Assembly: GCA_023384575.1 (NCBI GenBank)
Contig: JAHDVP010000005.1
Coordinates: 66,531 to 130,530, forward strand
DNA from: Acidobacteriota bacterium
GTDB taxonomy: Bacteria > Acidobacteriota > Vicinamibacteria > Vicinamibacterales > JAFNAJ01
DNA length: 64,000 bases
Direction of reading: 5' to 3'
Positions 8,822 to 17,827 of the stretch are shown here, one piece after another. A program made the translations under genes and the position numbers. Each line of letters opens with the position of its first letter. The first letter of the stretch is position 1. The notes beneath the pieces were generated by a model. The model made no database searches, had not been told where the DNA came from, and saw only the letters and a list, made by a program, of their open reading frames with translations.

Positions 8822-9312
8822 TGGCCCCTCGAGGAGTTCCCGTGTCCGAATGGTGTCGACAGATGCTGAAATGGCTGATCGTCCCCGCCCTCGCGGTGGC
8901 GGCCCTCGCGTGCGCGCCAGACCCGCAGGATCAGGCAAGCGACGATGCGCTCGCGGCGCAGGGACCTGCCGAGTTGACGACGACCGTGCTGCGCGAGGGC
9001 GCGGGGCGTGAGGCGGCCGCTGGCTCGCGGGTGAGCGTGCACTACACGGGGTGGCTCTATCACCCCGAGCGGGAGGGCTTTCGTGGCCGCAAGTTCGACA
9101 GCTCACGCGATCGCCAGGAGCCGTTTGATTTCGTCCTCGGGGCCGGCGAGGTGATTCCCGGGTGGGATCGCGGGGTGACCGGAATGAAGGTCGGCGAGCA
9201 GCGGACGCTCGTCATCCCCTCGTCGCTGGCCTATGGCCCCCGGGGCGTCGCCGGCGTGATTCCTGCCGACGCGGTGCTCGTCTTCGACGTCGAACTGCTG
9301 GCGGTCGAGTAG
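8818..9312 (+). CDS. FKBP-type peptidyl-prolyl cis-trans isomerase, exported
   Basis: VSVHYTGWL...FDSS..FDFVLGAGEVIPGWDRGVTGMKVGEQRTLVIPSSLAYG..VIPADAVLVFDVELL is a canonical FKBP domain. Signal-like MLKWLIVPALAVAALAC. Start is either ATG 8818 (ATGA overlap) or ATG 8863. Confidence 0.88.
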   Translation: MMAPRGVPVSEWCRQMLKWLIVPALAVAALACAPDPQDQASDDALAAQGPAELTTTVLREGAGREAAAGSRVSVHYTGWLYHPEREGFRGRKFDSSRDRQEPFDFVLGAGEVIPGWDRGVTGMKVGEQRTLVIPSSLAYGPRGVAGVIPADAVLVFDVELLAVE

Positions 9313-9334
9313 GGCCTGTTGCAGGGCCGGGGCG

Positions 9335-10237
9335 TCAGGCCGGCAGGGGAAACAGCCGCTCGAAGTTGCCCGCCAGAATGCGCTGCTGCTCCTCGGCCGT
9401 GAGGCCAAGCGACTCGAAGGCGACCTGCTGCCGCTCGAACACCGCGCGCTGCCAGCCGCGGGGAAAGAACGACGAGTCGGTGCCGAACACGAGGCGATCG
9501 GGCCCGACGACGTGCAGGGCCTGGCGAACGACCTCCTCCAGCGTCAGTCCCGGGTGGTAGCGGATCCAGCCGTTCCCGCTCGAAGTGTCAAACAGCACGT
9601 TCGGGCAGGCGTCGGCGATCATCAGCGCTTCGCGGAACAGGCCCGCGCCGAAGTGCGGCACGACGATCGGCAACCGCGGGAAGGTCAGCGCGAGCAACTG
9701 CAGATCGAGGGGGTTGCCAAAGCGCATCTCGAAGCGGCCCGGCACGCCGAGGCGCGCGCGGATACCCACCGAGAGCAGGCCGCAGTGAACGAAGAGTACG
9801 GTGCCCGGGTGCGTCGCGGCGATCCCGGCGATGCGCAGCACCCGTTCGTCGTGGAGCGGGTAGCGCTGCATGGCGGGGAAGAGGCAGACGCCCCGCAGGC
9901 GACCCGAAGCCAGCGCGGCCTCCACCCGGGTCTCGGCGTCGACTGCGGTCGGATCGACCATGAAGAAGCCGACGAACCGATCGGGATGTCGCGCGACGGC
10001 CGCGGCGACCGACGCCTCGTCACCGGGAACACTGGCAATCAGGGCCGCGCGGCCCACGCGGTAGTGGTCGAGTTCCTGCACCCACCGGTCGGCCAGCGCC
10101 TCGGGGGGACCCGGCGCCTCGAGGTCGAGCGCGGCGAGCGTCGTGGTGACGTCGGGAGCCGCATCGCCCCGCTGCCGGCACATCGCCTCGAAGAAGCGCA
10201 TCGAGAAGAAGTGGCAGTGGGCATCGTGCACCCTCAC
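9335..10237 (-). CDS. amidohydrolase-family (TIM-barrel metal-dependent hydrolase) protein
   Basis: 300 aa. N-terminal metal motif HDAHCHFF, with later VVPHFG and FGTDSSFFP motifs, typical of the amidohydrolase_2 fold. GTG start 1 nt after the upstream stop. Confidence 0.65.
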   Translation of the reverse strand: MRVHDAHCHFFSMRFFEAMCRQRGDAAPDVTTTLAALDLEAPGPPEALADRWVQELDHYRVGRAALIASVPGDEASVAAAVARHPDRFVGFFMVDPTAVDAETRVEAALASGRLRGVCLFPAMQRYPLHDERVLRIAGIAATHPGTVLFVHCGLLSVGIRARLGVPGRFEMRFGNPLDLQLLALTFPRLPIVVPHFGAGLFREALMIADACPNVLFDTSSGNGWIRYHPGLTLEEVVRQALHVVGPDRLVFGTDSSFFPRGWQRAVFERQQVAFESLGLTAEEQQRILAGNFERLFPLPA

Positions 10238-10238
10238 G

Positions 10239-11525
10239 TCAGTGGCCTGCGGGGGGGATGCTGACGACCTTGCGGCGCCGGTTCGAGAACTCCGGGGCCT
10301 CTCTGATGCAGGTGCCGAGGATCCCGAACGACGTGAGGAGGGCGCGCAGGCCGGTGCGGTGCAGTTCAGGCCCGGCCTCGCCGACCGACGGGAAGCCGTG
10401 GGCGTCGGGCGTCACCTGCTCCCAGTTGCGGAACAGCCGTCCCCACTCGCTCCCGAGGACCTGCTGCATCTTCGTGCGCGCGAGGAACGGGTACCAGAAG
10501 GAGTCGTGATAGACCACGCTCGCGAGGTACGCCCAGGGAGCCAGCACCGTCTTGAGCGACCACTCGATCGGCCTCTTGAGCGGACCCCAATAGATCTTGT
10601 GCTGCATCCGCGACGCGAAGGTCATCTTCTTGAACGGCCCGTTGAAGTGCCAGTTCTCGCGCGCGGCCTCGGTGTCGCCGACGATCTCGATGTCGCGCGG
10701 GTCGCCGCACCCCAGCCCCTGTTCGTGGGCAAGGCGGATGAACCTGATCGACATCGGGTCGAGGCCCATCAGCTTCGCGGCCACCGCGTCGATGGCCACC
10801 TGGTCGGCGCTGGCGAGAATCACGTTCTTGACGTGCGGGATCATGCAGCGCGGGCCAGGGCCATCACCCGCGAACGTTCCGTCCATGACCGCGAAGACAC
10901 CGCGGTGGATCTTCTTCTGAATCATCAGCAGGTCGACGAGCGTCTCGTGGATGACCGGGTGCGTCCAGTGGCGGTGCTCGTTCAGCAGCCCGCCGAACGC
11001 GTTCTTCATCGCGCCGGTGGTCGTCGTGAAGATGTGCGTCTTGACCGTCGGCAGGTGGATGATGTTCTCGCCGATGAAGCGGCGCGGGATCATGAACCCC
11101 TTGGGATACACCTCGTTCAGGCAGAGGAACTTCCTGGTGAGGTCGCCGACGGCGTCGCCAATCGGGATCCACTCCTCGCCCTCGTACAGGTGCACGTTCC
11201 TCAGGCCGTGGGCTTCGACGACCTGGACCTGCTTGTTCTCGCGCTCGCCGAGACGCGCGTCGATCACCACCGTGCGGTTGTGGCAGGCGTGGATCAGGTC
11301 GGGCACGTACCCGTCCCGCTTCATCGCCCGGATGACCCCTTCGAGCTGCCAAGGGGTCGTCGAACTGCCCGGGAAGAAGAAGTGCCAGGAGATGTTGACC
11401 TTGAGCGCGGTGTCGGCGTCCTTTGCGATGACGTCCTGGTAGTCGGCCAGGTTCAGGAGATCGTGGTAGTCGCGCAGCACCGTGGCTGGTGTCGTGCGCA
11501 GGAGGGCAACCGTGGATCGAGGCAT
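10239..11525 (-). CDS. DUF362 domain-containing protein
   Basis: 428 aa from ATG 11525. VALLRTTPATVLRDYHDLLNLA...ALKVNISW...HACHNRTVVIDA resembles the DUF362 core. Long C-terminal extension. Confidence 0.6.
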   Translation of the reverse strand: MPRSTVALLRTTPATVLRDYHDLLNLADYQDVIAKDADTALKVNISWHFFFPGSSTTPWQLEGVIRAMKRDGYVPDLIHACHNRTVVIDARLGERENKQVQVVEAHGLRNVHLYEGEEWIPIGDAVGDLTRKFLCLNEVYPKGFMIPRRFIGENIIHLPTVKTHIFTTTTGAMKNAFGGLLNEHRHWTHPVIHETLVDLLMIQKKIHRGVFAVMDGTFAGDGPGPRCMIPHVKNVILASADQVAIDAVAAKLMGLDPMSIRFIRLAHEQGLGCGDPRDIEIVGDTEAARENWHFNGPFKKMTFASRMQHKIYWGPLKRPIEWSLKTVLAPWAYLASVVYHDSFWYPFLARTKMQQVLGSEWGRLFRNWEQVTPDAHGFPSVGEAGPELHRTGLRALLTSFGILGTCIREAPEFSNRRRKVVSIPPAGH

Positions 11526-11626
11526 AGACTCAGAGCGGACAGTCGAAGTGTGATTATACTTGGCAATTCGACCCCTTGTCAGATCCCGCCCGGTGACGGG
11601 CCCTGCACTCTCGAGGAGGAGACGCC

Positions 11627-12535
11627 GTGATGGTAACGAGACGGACCTTTCTGACCGCATCGTCGGCCACCCTCGCCTGGACAGCCCTGCGCCCCTCGTT
11701 CGGGCTCGCGCAGGAGTTCGAGACCTCGTTCGTCGACCTGCGCGGCGGGGTCGGCATCTTCAACGGCCGGGGCGGCACCATCGGCTGGTACGTCGCGCCG
11801 GAGGCGGTGGTGGTGGTGGACAGCCAGTTTCCCGACTCGGCGAAGGTCTGCCTCTCCGGCCTCGAGAGTCGGACGTCGCGGAAGATCGACCTGCTCGTGA
11901 ACTCGCACCACCACGGAGACCACACGGCCGGCAACGTCGTCTTCCGCCCCGCGGTCCAGAAGATTGTGGCGCACGCCCGCGCCGTCGAGCTGCACCGGCA
12001 GACGGCGGAGAAGGCGAACACCGTCGGCGCGCAGGCGTTCGCGGACACGACGTTCACAGACGTGTGGGAGCAGCCGGTGGGCAAGGAGCGGCTGCGACTC
12101 AGGTACTACGGCCCGGCCCACACGGGAGGCGACGCCGTGATCACGTTCCTCGAGGCGAACGTGGTGCACATGGGCGACCTGGTGTTCAACCGCCGCCATC
12201 CGTTCATCGATCGCCCGGGGGGCGCATCGATCGCGGGCTGGATCACCCTGCTCGAACGCACCGCGGACGACCATCCGACCGACACGCGCTACATCTTCGG
12301 CCACGGCAGCTCCAATGCCGGCGTCACCGGCGGCCGGGCCGACGTGCTGAAGCAGCGGGACTACCTCACGGCGCTGCTCGACTTCGCCAGGAAGCAGATG
12401 GCGGCGGGGAAGACGCGTGACGACCTCGGCGCGTTCGACGTGCTCCCTGGCTTCGAGGATTACCAGGGGTCGGGTGCGAATCTCCAGCTCGGCCGGTGCC
12501 TGCAGACCGCGTACGACGAGCTGTCGGCGGGCTGA
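11627..12535 (+). CDS. MBL-fold metallo-hydrolase with Tat signal peptide
   Basis: Twin-arginine leader TRRTFLTASSATLAWTAL. HHHGDH zinc motif (VNSHHHGDHTAGN). GGAGGAG SD upstream. Start is GTG 11627 or ATG 11630. Confidence 0.8.
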   Translation: MMVTRRTFLTASSATLAWTALRPSFGLAQEFETSFVDLRGGVGIFNGRGGTIGWYVAPEAVVVVDSQFPDSAKVCLSGLESRTSRKIDLLVNSHHHGDHTAGNVVFRPAVQKIVAHARAVELHRQTAEKANTVGAQAFADTTFTDVWEQPVGKERLRLRYYGPAHTGGDAVITFLEANVVHMGDLVFNRRHPFIDRPGGASIAGWITLLERTADDHPTDTRYIFGHGSSNAGVTGGRADVLKQRDYLTALLDFARKQMAAGKTRDDLGAFDVLPGFEDYQGSGANLQLGRCLQTAYDELSAG

Positions 12536-12550
12536 ACAGAGTCCGACATC

Positions 12551-12736
12551 CGATCGGGACGAGCTTCAGATTCGGCGAAGCTCTGAGCGGTGAGTCATGA
12601 GGCCCGAGCGAGACTCGAGCCACCGCTTCTGGTCGAGGTCCAGGTCGCTGCCGAGGGGCATCACTCATCGCGCACGGTCAGAGCTCACAGCGACGAAGCA
12701 GAGGGCTCCAGTCGCCCCTGAGATTCGTCCCGATCG
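12551..12736. repeat. long imperfect palindrome (MITE-like element or structured RNA) in the MBL-MFS spacer
   Basis: Terminal inverted repeat CGATCGGGACGAGCTTCAG (12551-12569) vs reverse complement of 12718-12736 (CGATCGGGACGAATCTCAG), 16/19 identical with the first 12 perfect. Inner arms AGCTCTGA (12579-12586) / TCAGAGCT (12678-12685). Locally lower GC. Confidence 0.4.
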
Positions 12737-12760
12737 CGTCGGGCGCGCTACACTCGACCG

Positions 12761-13957
12761 GTGAGTGTCGCGCCCGGCGATCGGCTGTTCACGCCGCGCT
12801 TCTTCGTGATGTGCGGCTTCAGCTTCACCGTCTTCCTCTCGGCCTTCCAGCTCCTGCCCACGGCGCCGTTCCGGATCCTCGACCTCGGTGGCACGAAGCT
12901 CGCCGCGGGCCTGTTCCTGGGATGCCTGACCTACGCCTCGGCGGTGAGCGCGCCGTTCACGGGCGCGCTCGCCGACCGAATCGGCCGGCGGCGCGTGCTG
13001 GTCGCATGCAGCCTGATCATCGCGGGGTTCTCGCTGGCCTACGGCCTGACCGACGACCATCGGCTGCTGCTCGCGCTGGCGTTTGCGCACGGTTTGTTCT
13101 GGTCGGGCCTGCTGTCGGCCTCCGCCGCCTACATCACCGAGCTGATTCCGCCGGCGCGGCGTGCGGAAGGCATCGGCTACTGGGGCCTGTCGACCGTGTT
13201 CGCCGTGGCCGTGGCCCCGTCGATCGGCCTCTGGCTGTATCAGGGGGGCTGGTCTGCGCTCTGCGCGTCGGTGGGGCTGCTGAACCTGGTCATGGCGGCC
13301 ATCGCGTGGCGTCTCGAGCCCGATCGCGTCGAGTCGACGGGACGCACCGTCTGGCGCGTTGGCGACGTCATCGAGTGGCGTGTCGCCGTCGTGGCCGTGA
13401 CGCTGTTCCTGTACGCGTTCGGGTACGGCGGCGTGACGAGCTTCAGCGCCCTGTACGCCGACGCGAACGGCATCAGTCCCCGCAGCATCTACTTCACCGC
13501 CTTCGCCGTCTCGGTCATCGTCAGCCGGCCGTTCTCCGGGCGGCTCGCCGACCGAGTTGGTCACGTCCGGGTCCTCGTGCCGTGCCTCGCGCTCGTCGTG
13601 CTCGGCTACGGCCTGCTCGCGCTCGGCAGCACGCGCACGTGGTTCGTCGCCTCCGCCGTTGTCTTCGGCCTCGGGTTCGGCTCGGCCTACCCCGTGTTCG
13701 CGGCGTGGATCGTCGAGCGCGTCCGCGCCGAGCGCCGCGGGGCGGCGTTTGGCGGCATCCTCGCCTCGCTCGATACGGGCATCGGCACGGGATCGATTGC
13801 CATGGGCTGGCTCGTCGGCCGCTACGGGTTTCGCGTCGCGTTCGGCGCCGCGGCGGCAGTGGCCGTCCTCGCCATCCCGTACTTCCTGTTCACGAGCGAG
13901 CGCCTGCTCGGGCGTCGTGGAGCGGGATCATTCGGGCCACCCGCCTCCAGCCTGTAG
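12761..13957 (+). CDS. MFS transporter
   Basis: 398 aa with about 12 hydrophobic segments. The GALADRIGRRRVL loop 2-3 motif and its repeat SGRLADRVGHVRVL are typical of MFS. GTG start with no visible SD. Confidence 0.85.
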   Translation: MSVAPGDRLFTPRFFVMCGFSFTVFLSAFQLLPTAPFRILDLGGTKLAAGLFLGCLTYASAVSAPFTGALADRIGRRRVLVACSLIIAGFSLAYGLTDDHRLLLALAFAHGLFWSGLLSASAAYITELIPPARRAEGIGYWGLSTVFAVAVAPSIGLWLYQGGWSALCASVGLLNLVMAAIAWRLEPDRVESTGRTVWRVGDVIEWRVAVVAVTLFLYAFGYGGVTSFSALYADANGISPRSIYFTAFAVSVIVSRPFSGRLADRVGHVRVLVPCLALVVLGYGLLALGSTRTWFVASAVVFGLGFGSAYPVFAAWIVERVRAERRGAAFGGILASLDTGIGTGSIAMGWLVGRYGFRVAFGAAAAVAVLAIPYFLFTSERLLGRRGAGSFGPPASSL

Positions 13958-13972
13958 CCACCAGCCTGCAGC

Positions 13973-15385
13973 CTAGTCGTGATTGAGTCGGCGCACGTGC
14001 TTCGCCCAGACCAGCACGAGGACGCTGCCGACGAGAATCAGCCCCACCGACAGTCCGATCCACAGGCCGATGACGCCCCAGCCGGCGACGAAGCACAGCG
14101 AGTAGCCCACGGGGAGGCCGAAGCCCCAGTGCCCGGCCAGGTTCCACAGCATCGGGGTCCGGGTCTCGCCGACGCCCCTGAGCACGCCGGTCGCGACCGC
14201 CTGCAGGCCATCGAAGAGCTGGAAGATGGCCGCGACGAACAACAACCGCGTGCCGACGGCGATCACTCCCGAATCGCGGGTGAACACCATCAGCAGCCAG
14301 TGAGGCACGGTCACGAACACCGCAGCCACGCCCATCATGAACCCGGCGATCAGCACGAGTGCCGTCCAGCCGGCGCGGCCGGCGCCAGGGCGGTCGCGAC
14401 GCCCGATGGCGTGGCCGACCAGGACGGCCCCGGCCGAGGCCACGCCGAGTGGCACCATGAACACGAAGCTCGCCACGTTCAAGGCAATCTGGTGGGAGGC
14501 CAGCGCTACCGGCGCCAGCCGGCCCGCGAGGGCCGTCGCCGCGGCGAACACGCCGACCTCCAGCGTCACCTGCAGCGCGGCCGGCAGGCCGAGGCCGACG
14601 AGGCGCCGCACGCCCGCTGCGGTGACGGTCCAGTCGCCCGCCGCCGGGGCCGACCCGCGTTCCCGATTCACCATGACGACGGTGACCCCCAGGACGAGCG
14701 CCATGTAGAGTCGCGAGATGACGGTCGCCCACGCCGCACCATCGGTGCCGAGCGCCGGCAGACCGAGCCGGCCGTAGATCAGCACCCAGTTGGCGGCCAC
14801 GTTGACGAGGTTCGCCGTCACGAGGGCGATGGAGATCGGGCGCACCAGCCCCATCCCCTGCAGGTACCGGCGGAACGCGGCATAGGCCATCAGGGGCAGC
14901 AGGCTGACGGTGACAATCCGGACGTACGGCACGGTCAGGCGCTCGACTTCGGGATGGAAGCCCCCTTGCCCCAGCAGGAAGGTCCCCGCCCAGACCAGGG
15001 CGGAGAGCGGGAGGCCCACGACGAGCCCGACGACGAGGCCATGCGCCAGCCACCGCCGGCACTCGTCGAGACGCCCGGCGCCGAACGCCTGCGACACCAG
15101 CGTGTCGAGGCCGAGCAGCAGCCCCATGCCGAAAATCGCCACGGCCATGAAGAGGCTGGCGCCGAGCCCGACCGCGCCGATCGCCGCCGGGCCGAGCGGG
15201 CCGACCATGATCGTGTCGACGAGGCCCATGGCCATCCAGCCGAGCTCGGCAAGGACCACGGGCCCCGCGAGTCGGAGCAGCGGCCGCGCTTCGCCCCTCA
15301 CGACGGCGAGCCGTCGACGAAGGGACGAGACGACGTCCGCAGGTGGGGTCCTGGCCGGTGGGGCCATCCGCCCATCATAGGCCAC
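13973..15385 (-). CDS. MATE family efflux transporter
   Basis: 470 aa, 12 TM. N-terminus LLRLAGPVVLAELGWMAMGLVDTIMVGPLG and the second-half repeat are typical of NorM/MATE. Start is GTG 15385 or ATG 15367. Confidence 0.88.
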   Translation of the reverse strand: MAYDGRMAPPARTPPADVVSSLRRRLAVVRGEARPLLRLAGPVVLAELGWMAMGLVDTIMVGPLGPAAIGAVGLGASLFMAVAIFGMGLLLGLDTLVSQAFGAGRLDECRRWLAHGLVVGLVVGLPLSALVWAGTFLLGQGGFHPEVERLTVPYVRIVTVSLLPLMAYAAFRRYLQGMGLVRPISIALVTANLVNVAANWVLIYGRLGLPALGTDGAAWATVISRLYMALVLGVTVVMVNRERGSAPAAGDWTVTAAGVRRLVGLGLPAALQVTLEVGVFAAATALAGRLAPVALASHQIALNVASFVFMVPLGVASAGAVLVGHAIGRRDRPGAGRAGWTALVLIAGFMMGVAAVFVTVPHWLLMVFTRDSGVIAVGTRLLFVAAIFQLFDGLQAVATGVLRGVGETRTPMLWNLAGHWGFGLPVGYSLCFVAGWGVIGLWIGLSVGLILVGSVLVLVWAKHVRRLNHD

Positions 15386-15445
15386 CTCCTGCGTCTGCCG
15401 GCCGCCGCCGAAGGCGGACGCGGTGCTCCGTGAGAGAATTCGAGC

Positions 15446-16456
15446 ATGTCCTCCAGCACCTGGCCCGACCGGATGCGGTGCATCGAGATTTCGACACCCG
15501 GCGCACCAGAGGTGCTCACGCTGACCGAGCGCCCGACGCCCGCGCCCGGCCCCGGCGAGGTGCTGGTCGCCGTCGGGGCAGCCGGTGTCAATCGTCCCGA
15601 CCTGCTCCAGCGGCGGGGCAAGTACCCGCCGCCCCCTGGGGCGTCCGACCTGCCCGGGCTCGAGGTGGCTGGACGGATCGTCGGCGTCGGCGATGGGGTG
15701 GCCGCCCTCGCGGTCGGCGACGAGGTCTGTGCGCTCGTGGCTGGTGGCGGGTACGCCGAGTACTGCGTGGTGCCGGCACCCCAGTGCCTGCCCGTCCCGG
15801 CCGGTCTCGACCTGGTGTCGGCTGCCGCCTTACCCGAAACGTGCTTCACGGTCTGGACGAACGTCTTCGAGCGCGGCCGGCTGCAGCCGGGCGAGGTGCT
15901 CCTCGTGCACGGCGGGACGAGCGGGATCGGCACCACGGCCATCCAGCTCGGACGCGCCTTCGGCGCCCGCGTGTTCGCCACGGCCGGGACCCGCGAGAAG
16001 TGCCGTGCGTGCGAGCGGCTCGGGGCCGAGCGCGGCGTCAACTACCGCGAGGACGACTTCGTGACCCTCGTCCGCGAGGCCACCAACGGGCACGGCGCCG
16101 ACGTCATCCTCGACATGGTCGGGGGCGACTACGTCTCGAGGAACCTGTCGCTGCTGGCGGTCGAGGGACGGCTGGTTCAGATCGCGTTCCTGAAGGGCTC
16201 TCGTGTCGAGCTCGACCTGTCGACCGTGATGCGGCAGCGCCTTCTGCTTACCGGGTCGACGCTGCGCGCGCGGTCGGTCGAGGAGAAGGGCGCCATCGCC
16301 AGGGCGGTCGAGGCTCGCGTGTGGCCCCTCGTGGCGGCGGGCGTCGTGCGCCCGATCGTCCACGCCGTGTTCCCCCTCGCCGAGGCGGCGACCGCCCATG
16401 CGGTGCTCGAGGAGGGCCGGCACATCGGCAAGATCGTGCTGCGAGTCGACGCGTGA
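15446..16456 (+). CDS. NAD(P)H:quinone oxidoreductase, zinc-independent MDR (PIG3/Qor family)
   Basis: GEVLVAVGAAGVNRPDLLQRRGKYPPPPGASDLPGLEVAGRIV and VHGGTSGIGTTAIQL are Qor/PIG3 signatures. Alternative start at ATG 15473. Confidence 0.88.
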   Translation: MSSSTWPDRMRCIEISTPGAPEVLTLTERPTPAPGPGEVLVAVGAAGVNRPDLLQRRGKYPPPPGASDLPGLEVAGRIVGVGDGVAALAVGDEVCALVAGGGYAEYCVVPAPQCLPVPAGLDLVSAAALPETCFTVWTNVFERGRLQPGEVLLVHGGTSGIGTTAIQLGRAFGARVFATAGTREKCRACERLGAERGVNYREDDFVTLVREATNGHGADVILDMVGGDYVSRNLSLLAVEGRLVQIAFLKGSRVELDLSTVMRQRLLLTGSTLRARSVEEKGAIARAVEARVWPLVAAGVVRPIVHAVFPLAEAATAHAVLEEGRHIGKIVLRVDA

Positions 16457-16522
16457 GGGGCCCCGTCTCGCCGGGCGGTCAACCGCAGTGATAGCATGAT
16501 CCTGCACGGAGGACAGTCGAGC

Positions 16523-17212
16523 ATGTCGTACGGCAGACAGGTGTCGTTTTCGTCGGCGTCCGGGCGCGCCGAGGGGTATCTCTCGCGCCCGGGCCAGGGG
16601 CGGCCCGGCATCGTGGTCATTCAGGAGTGGTGGGGGCTCGTGCCTCATGTGAAGGCTGTCGCCGACCGATTCGCGGCACAGGGCTACATCGCGCTGGCAC
16701 CCGACCTGTATCACGGAAAGAGCACGGTCGAAGCCGAAGAAGCCGAGCACCTCATGACCGGGCTCGACTGGGCGAGGGCCGTCGAGGAGATCGGCGGGGC
16801 CGTGGGCCACCTGCGCGACACCGAAGGCGTCGATCGCGTGGGTGTCGTCGGGTTCTGCATGGGCGGGGCCCTCACGGTGCTGTCGGCGGCGTTGCCGGGA
16901 GTCGACGCGTACGTCGCGTTCTACGGGTTTCCGCCGGGCGACGCGCCGGCGCTCGACCGGGTGTCCGCGCCGGGGCAGATCTTCTTCGGGGAGCACGAGG
17001 GCTTCTTCTCGGTGCCCGATGCGCAGGCGTTCGCGGCCCGGCAGCGCGCTGCCGGGCGGGAGACCGACGTGGTCATCTTTCCGGGGGCCGGCCACGCCTT
17101 CTTCAACGACGATCGCCCCGACGTGTTTCACCGCGATGCGGCCAACGAGGCCTGGCGGCGGACGCTCGCCCACTTCGGGCGGCACCTGCGGAACTGGACC
17201 GCAGAGGGCTGA
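16523..17212 (+). CDS. dienelactone hydrolase family protein
   Basis: GIVVIQEWWGLVPHVKAVADRFAAQGYIALAPDLYHG and the nucleophile elbow GFCMGG. ATG 16523 is preceded by GGAGG; the track start at 16496 is also possible. Confidence 0.85.
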   Translation: MSYGRQVSFSSASGRAEGYLSRPGQGRPGIVVIQEWWGLVPHVKAVADRFAAQGYIALAPDLYHGKSTVEAEEAEHLMTGLDWARAVEEIGGAVGHLRDTEGVDRVGVVGFCMGGALTVLSAALPGVDAYVAFYGFPPGDAPALDRVSAPGQIFFGEHEGFFSVPDAQAFAARQRAAGRETDVVIFPGAGHAFFNDDRPDVFHRDAANEAWRRTLAHFGRHLRNWTAEG

Positions 17213-17227
17213 GCAGGCGTTGGCGGC

Positions 17228-17827
17228 ATGGCTCACGCGCCTCTGACGTCCGACGAGCAGACACGGCTCGTCGAGCGCATTCTCGCCGGTGACGCGGACG
17301 CGGAAGGTGAGCTGGCCGTGCTCTTCCGCCGGCGCGTGCTCGCGATGATGCAGGCGCGGCTGCGCGAGCGGGACGCGGCCGAGGAATTGACGCAGGAGAC
17401 GCTGCTTGCGGTGATCACCGCCCTGCGCCGCGGCCAACTCCGGAACGCAGCCAGCCTGGCGGCGTTCGTTCACGGCATCGCGCGGAACCTCGCCAACAAC
17501 TTCATCCGCACGCGCCGCGAGCAGCCGCCGACCGCCGAGGTCTCGCCCGACCTCGACCTCGCGGTGCCCCCGGAGGACTTCGAGGCGAACGAGCGGCAGC
17601 GGCTCGTGCGGCGGGCACTCGGCGAGCTCGAGAGCACGGACCGGACGATCCTCATGCGGACGCTCTGCGAGGGGCTGAAGCCCGGAGAAATCGCCCGGGA
17701 CCTGGCCATGACCGCCGAGTCGGTGCGCACCCGGAAGTCGCGTGCGCTCAAGCGGGTGATCGAGTCGGTCGCGCGCCTGTCACGATCGACGCGGCCGTAC
17801 CACTTGGTCGCAGAGGGCAAGGGATGA
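17228..17827 (+). CDS. ECF-type RNA polymerase sigma-70 family factor
   Basis: 199 aa. Region 2 (ELAVLFRRRVLAMMQARL..AEELTQETLL) and region 4 HTH (LKPGEIARDLAMTAESVRTRKSRALKRV). Confidence 0.88.
   Translation: MAHAPLTSDEQTRLVERILAGDADAEGELAVLFRRRVLAMMQARLRERDAAEELTQETLLAVITALRRGQLRNAASLAAFVHGIARNLANNFIRTRREQPPTAEVSPDLDLAVPPEDFEANERQRLVRRALGELESTDRTILMRTLCEGLKPGEIARDLAMTAESVRTRKSRALKRVIESVARLSRSTRPYHLVAEGKG

Noticed and set aside
12536-12760. Guanidine (ykkC) or another transporter-associated riboswitch upstream of the MFS gene.
   Set aside because: The conserved ykkC strings (GGGA...ACGGCGGGA-type core) are not present on the plus strand. The region is better described as one long palindrome. 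An Rfam scan would be decisive.
17190-17221. ECF-type promoter (GGAAC ... CGTT) upstream of the ECF sigma gene.
   Set aside because: The spacer between GGAAC and CGT is about 23 nt, against the usual 16-17 nt. The putative -10 is only 7 nt from the ATG. The whole motif also lies in the end of the preceding CDS.
17671-17685. GGGGCTGAAGCCCGG, similar to the REP-like hairpin, inside the ECF sigma gene.
   Set aside because: It encodes the conserved region-4 residues GLKPG, so it is explained by coding constraint and not by a repeat insertion.
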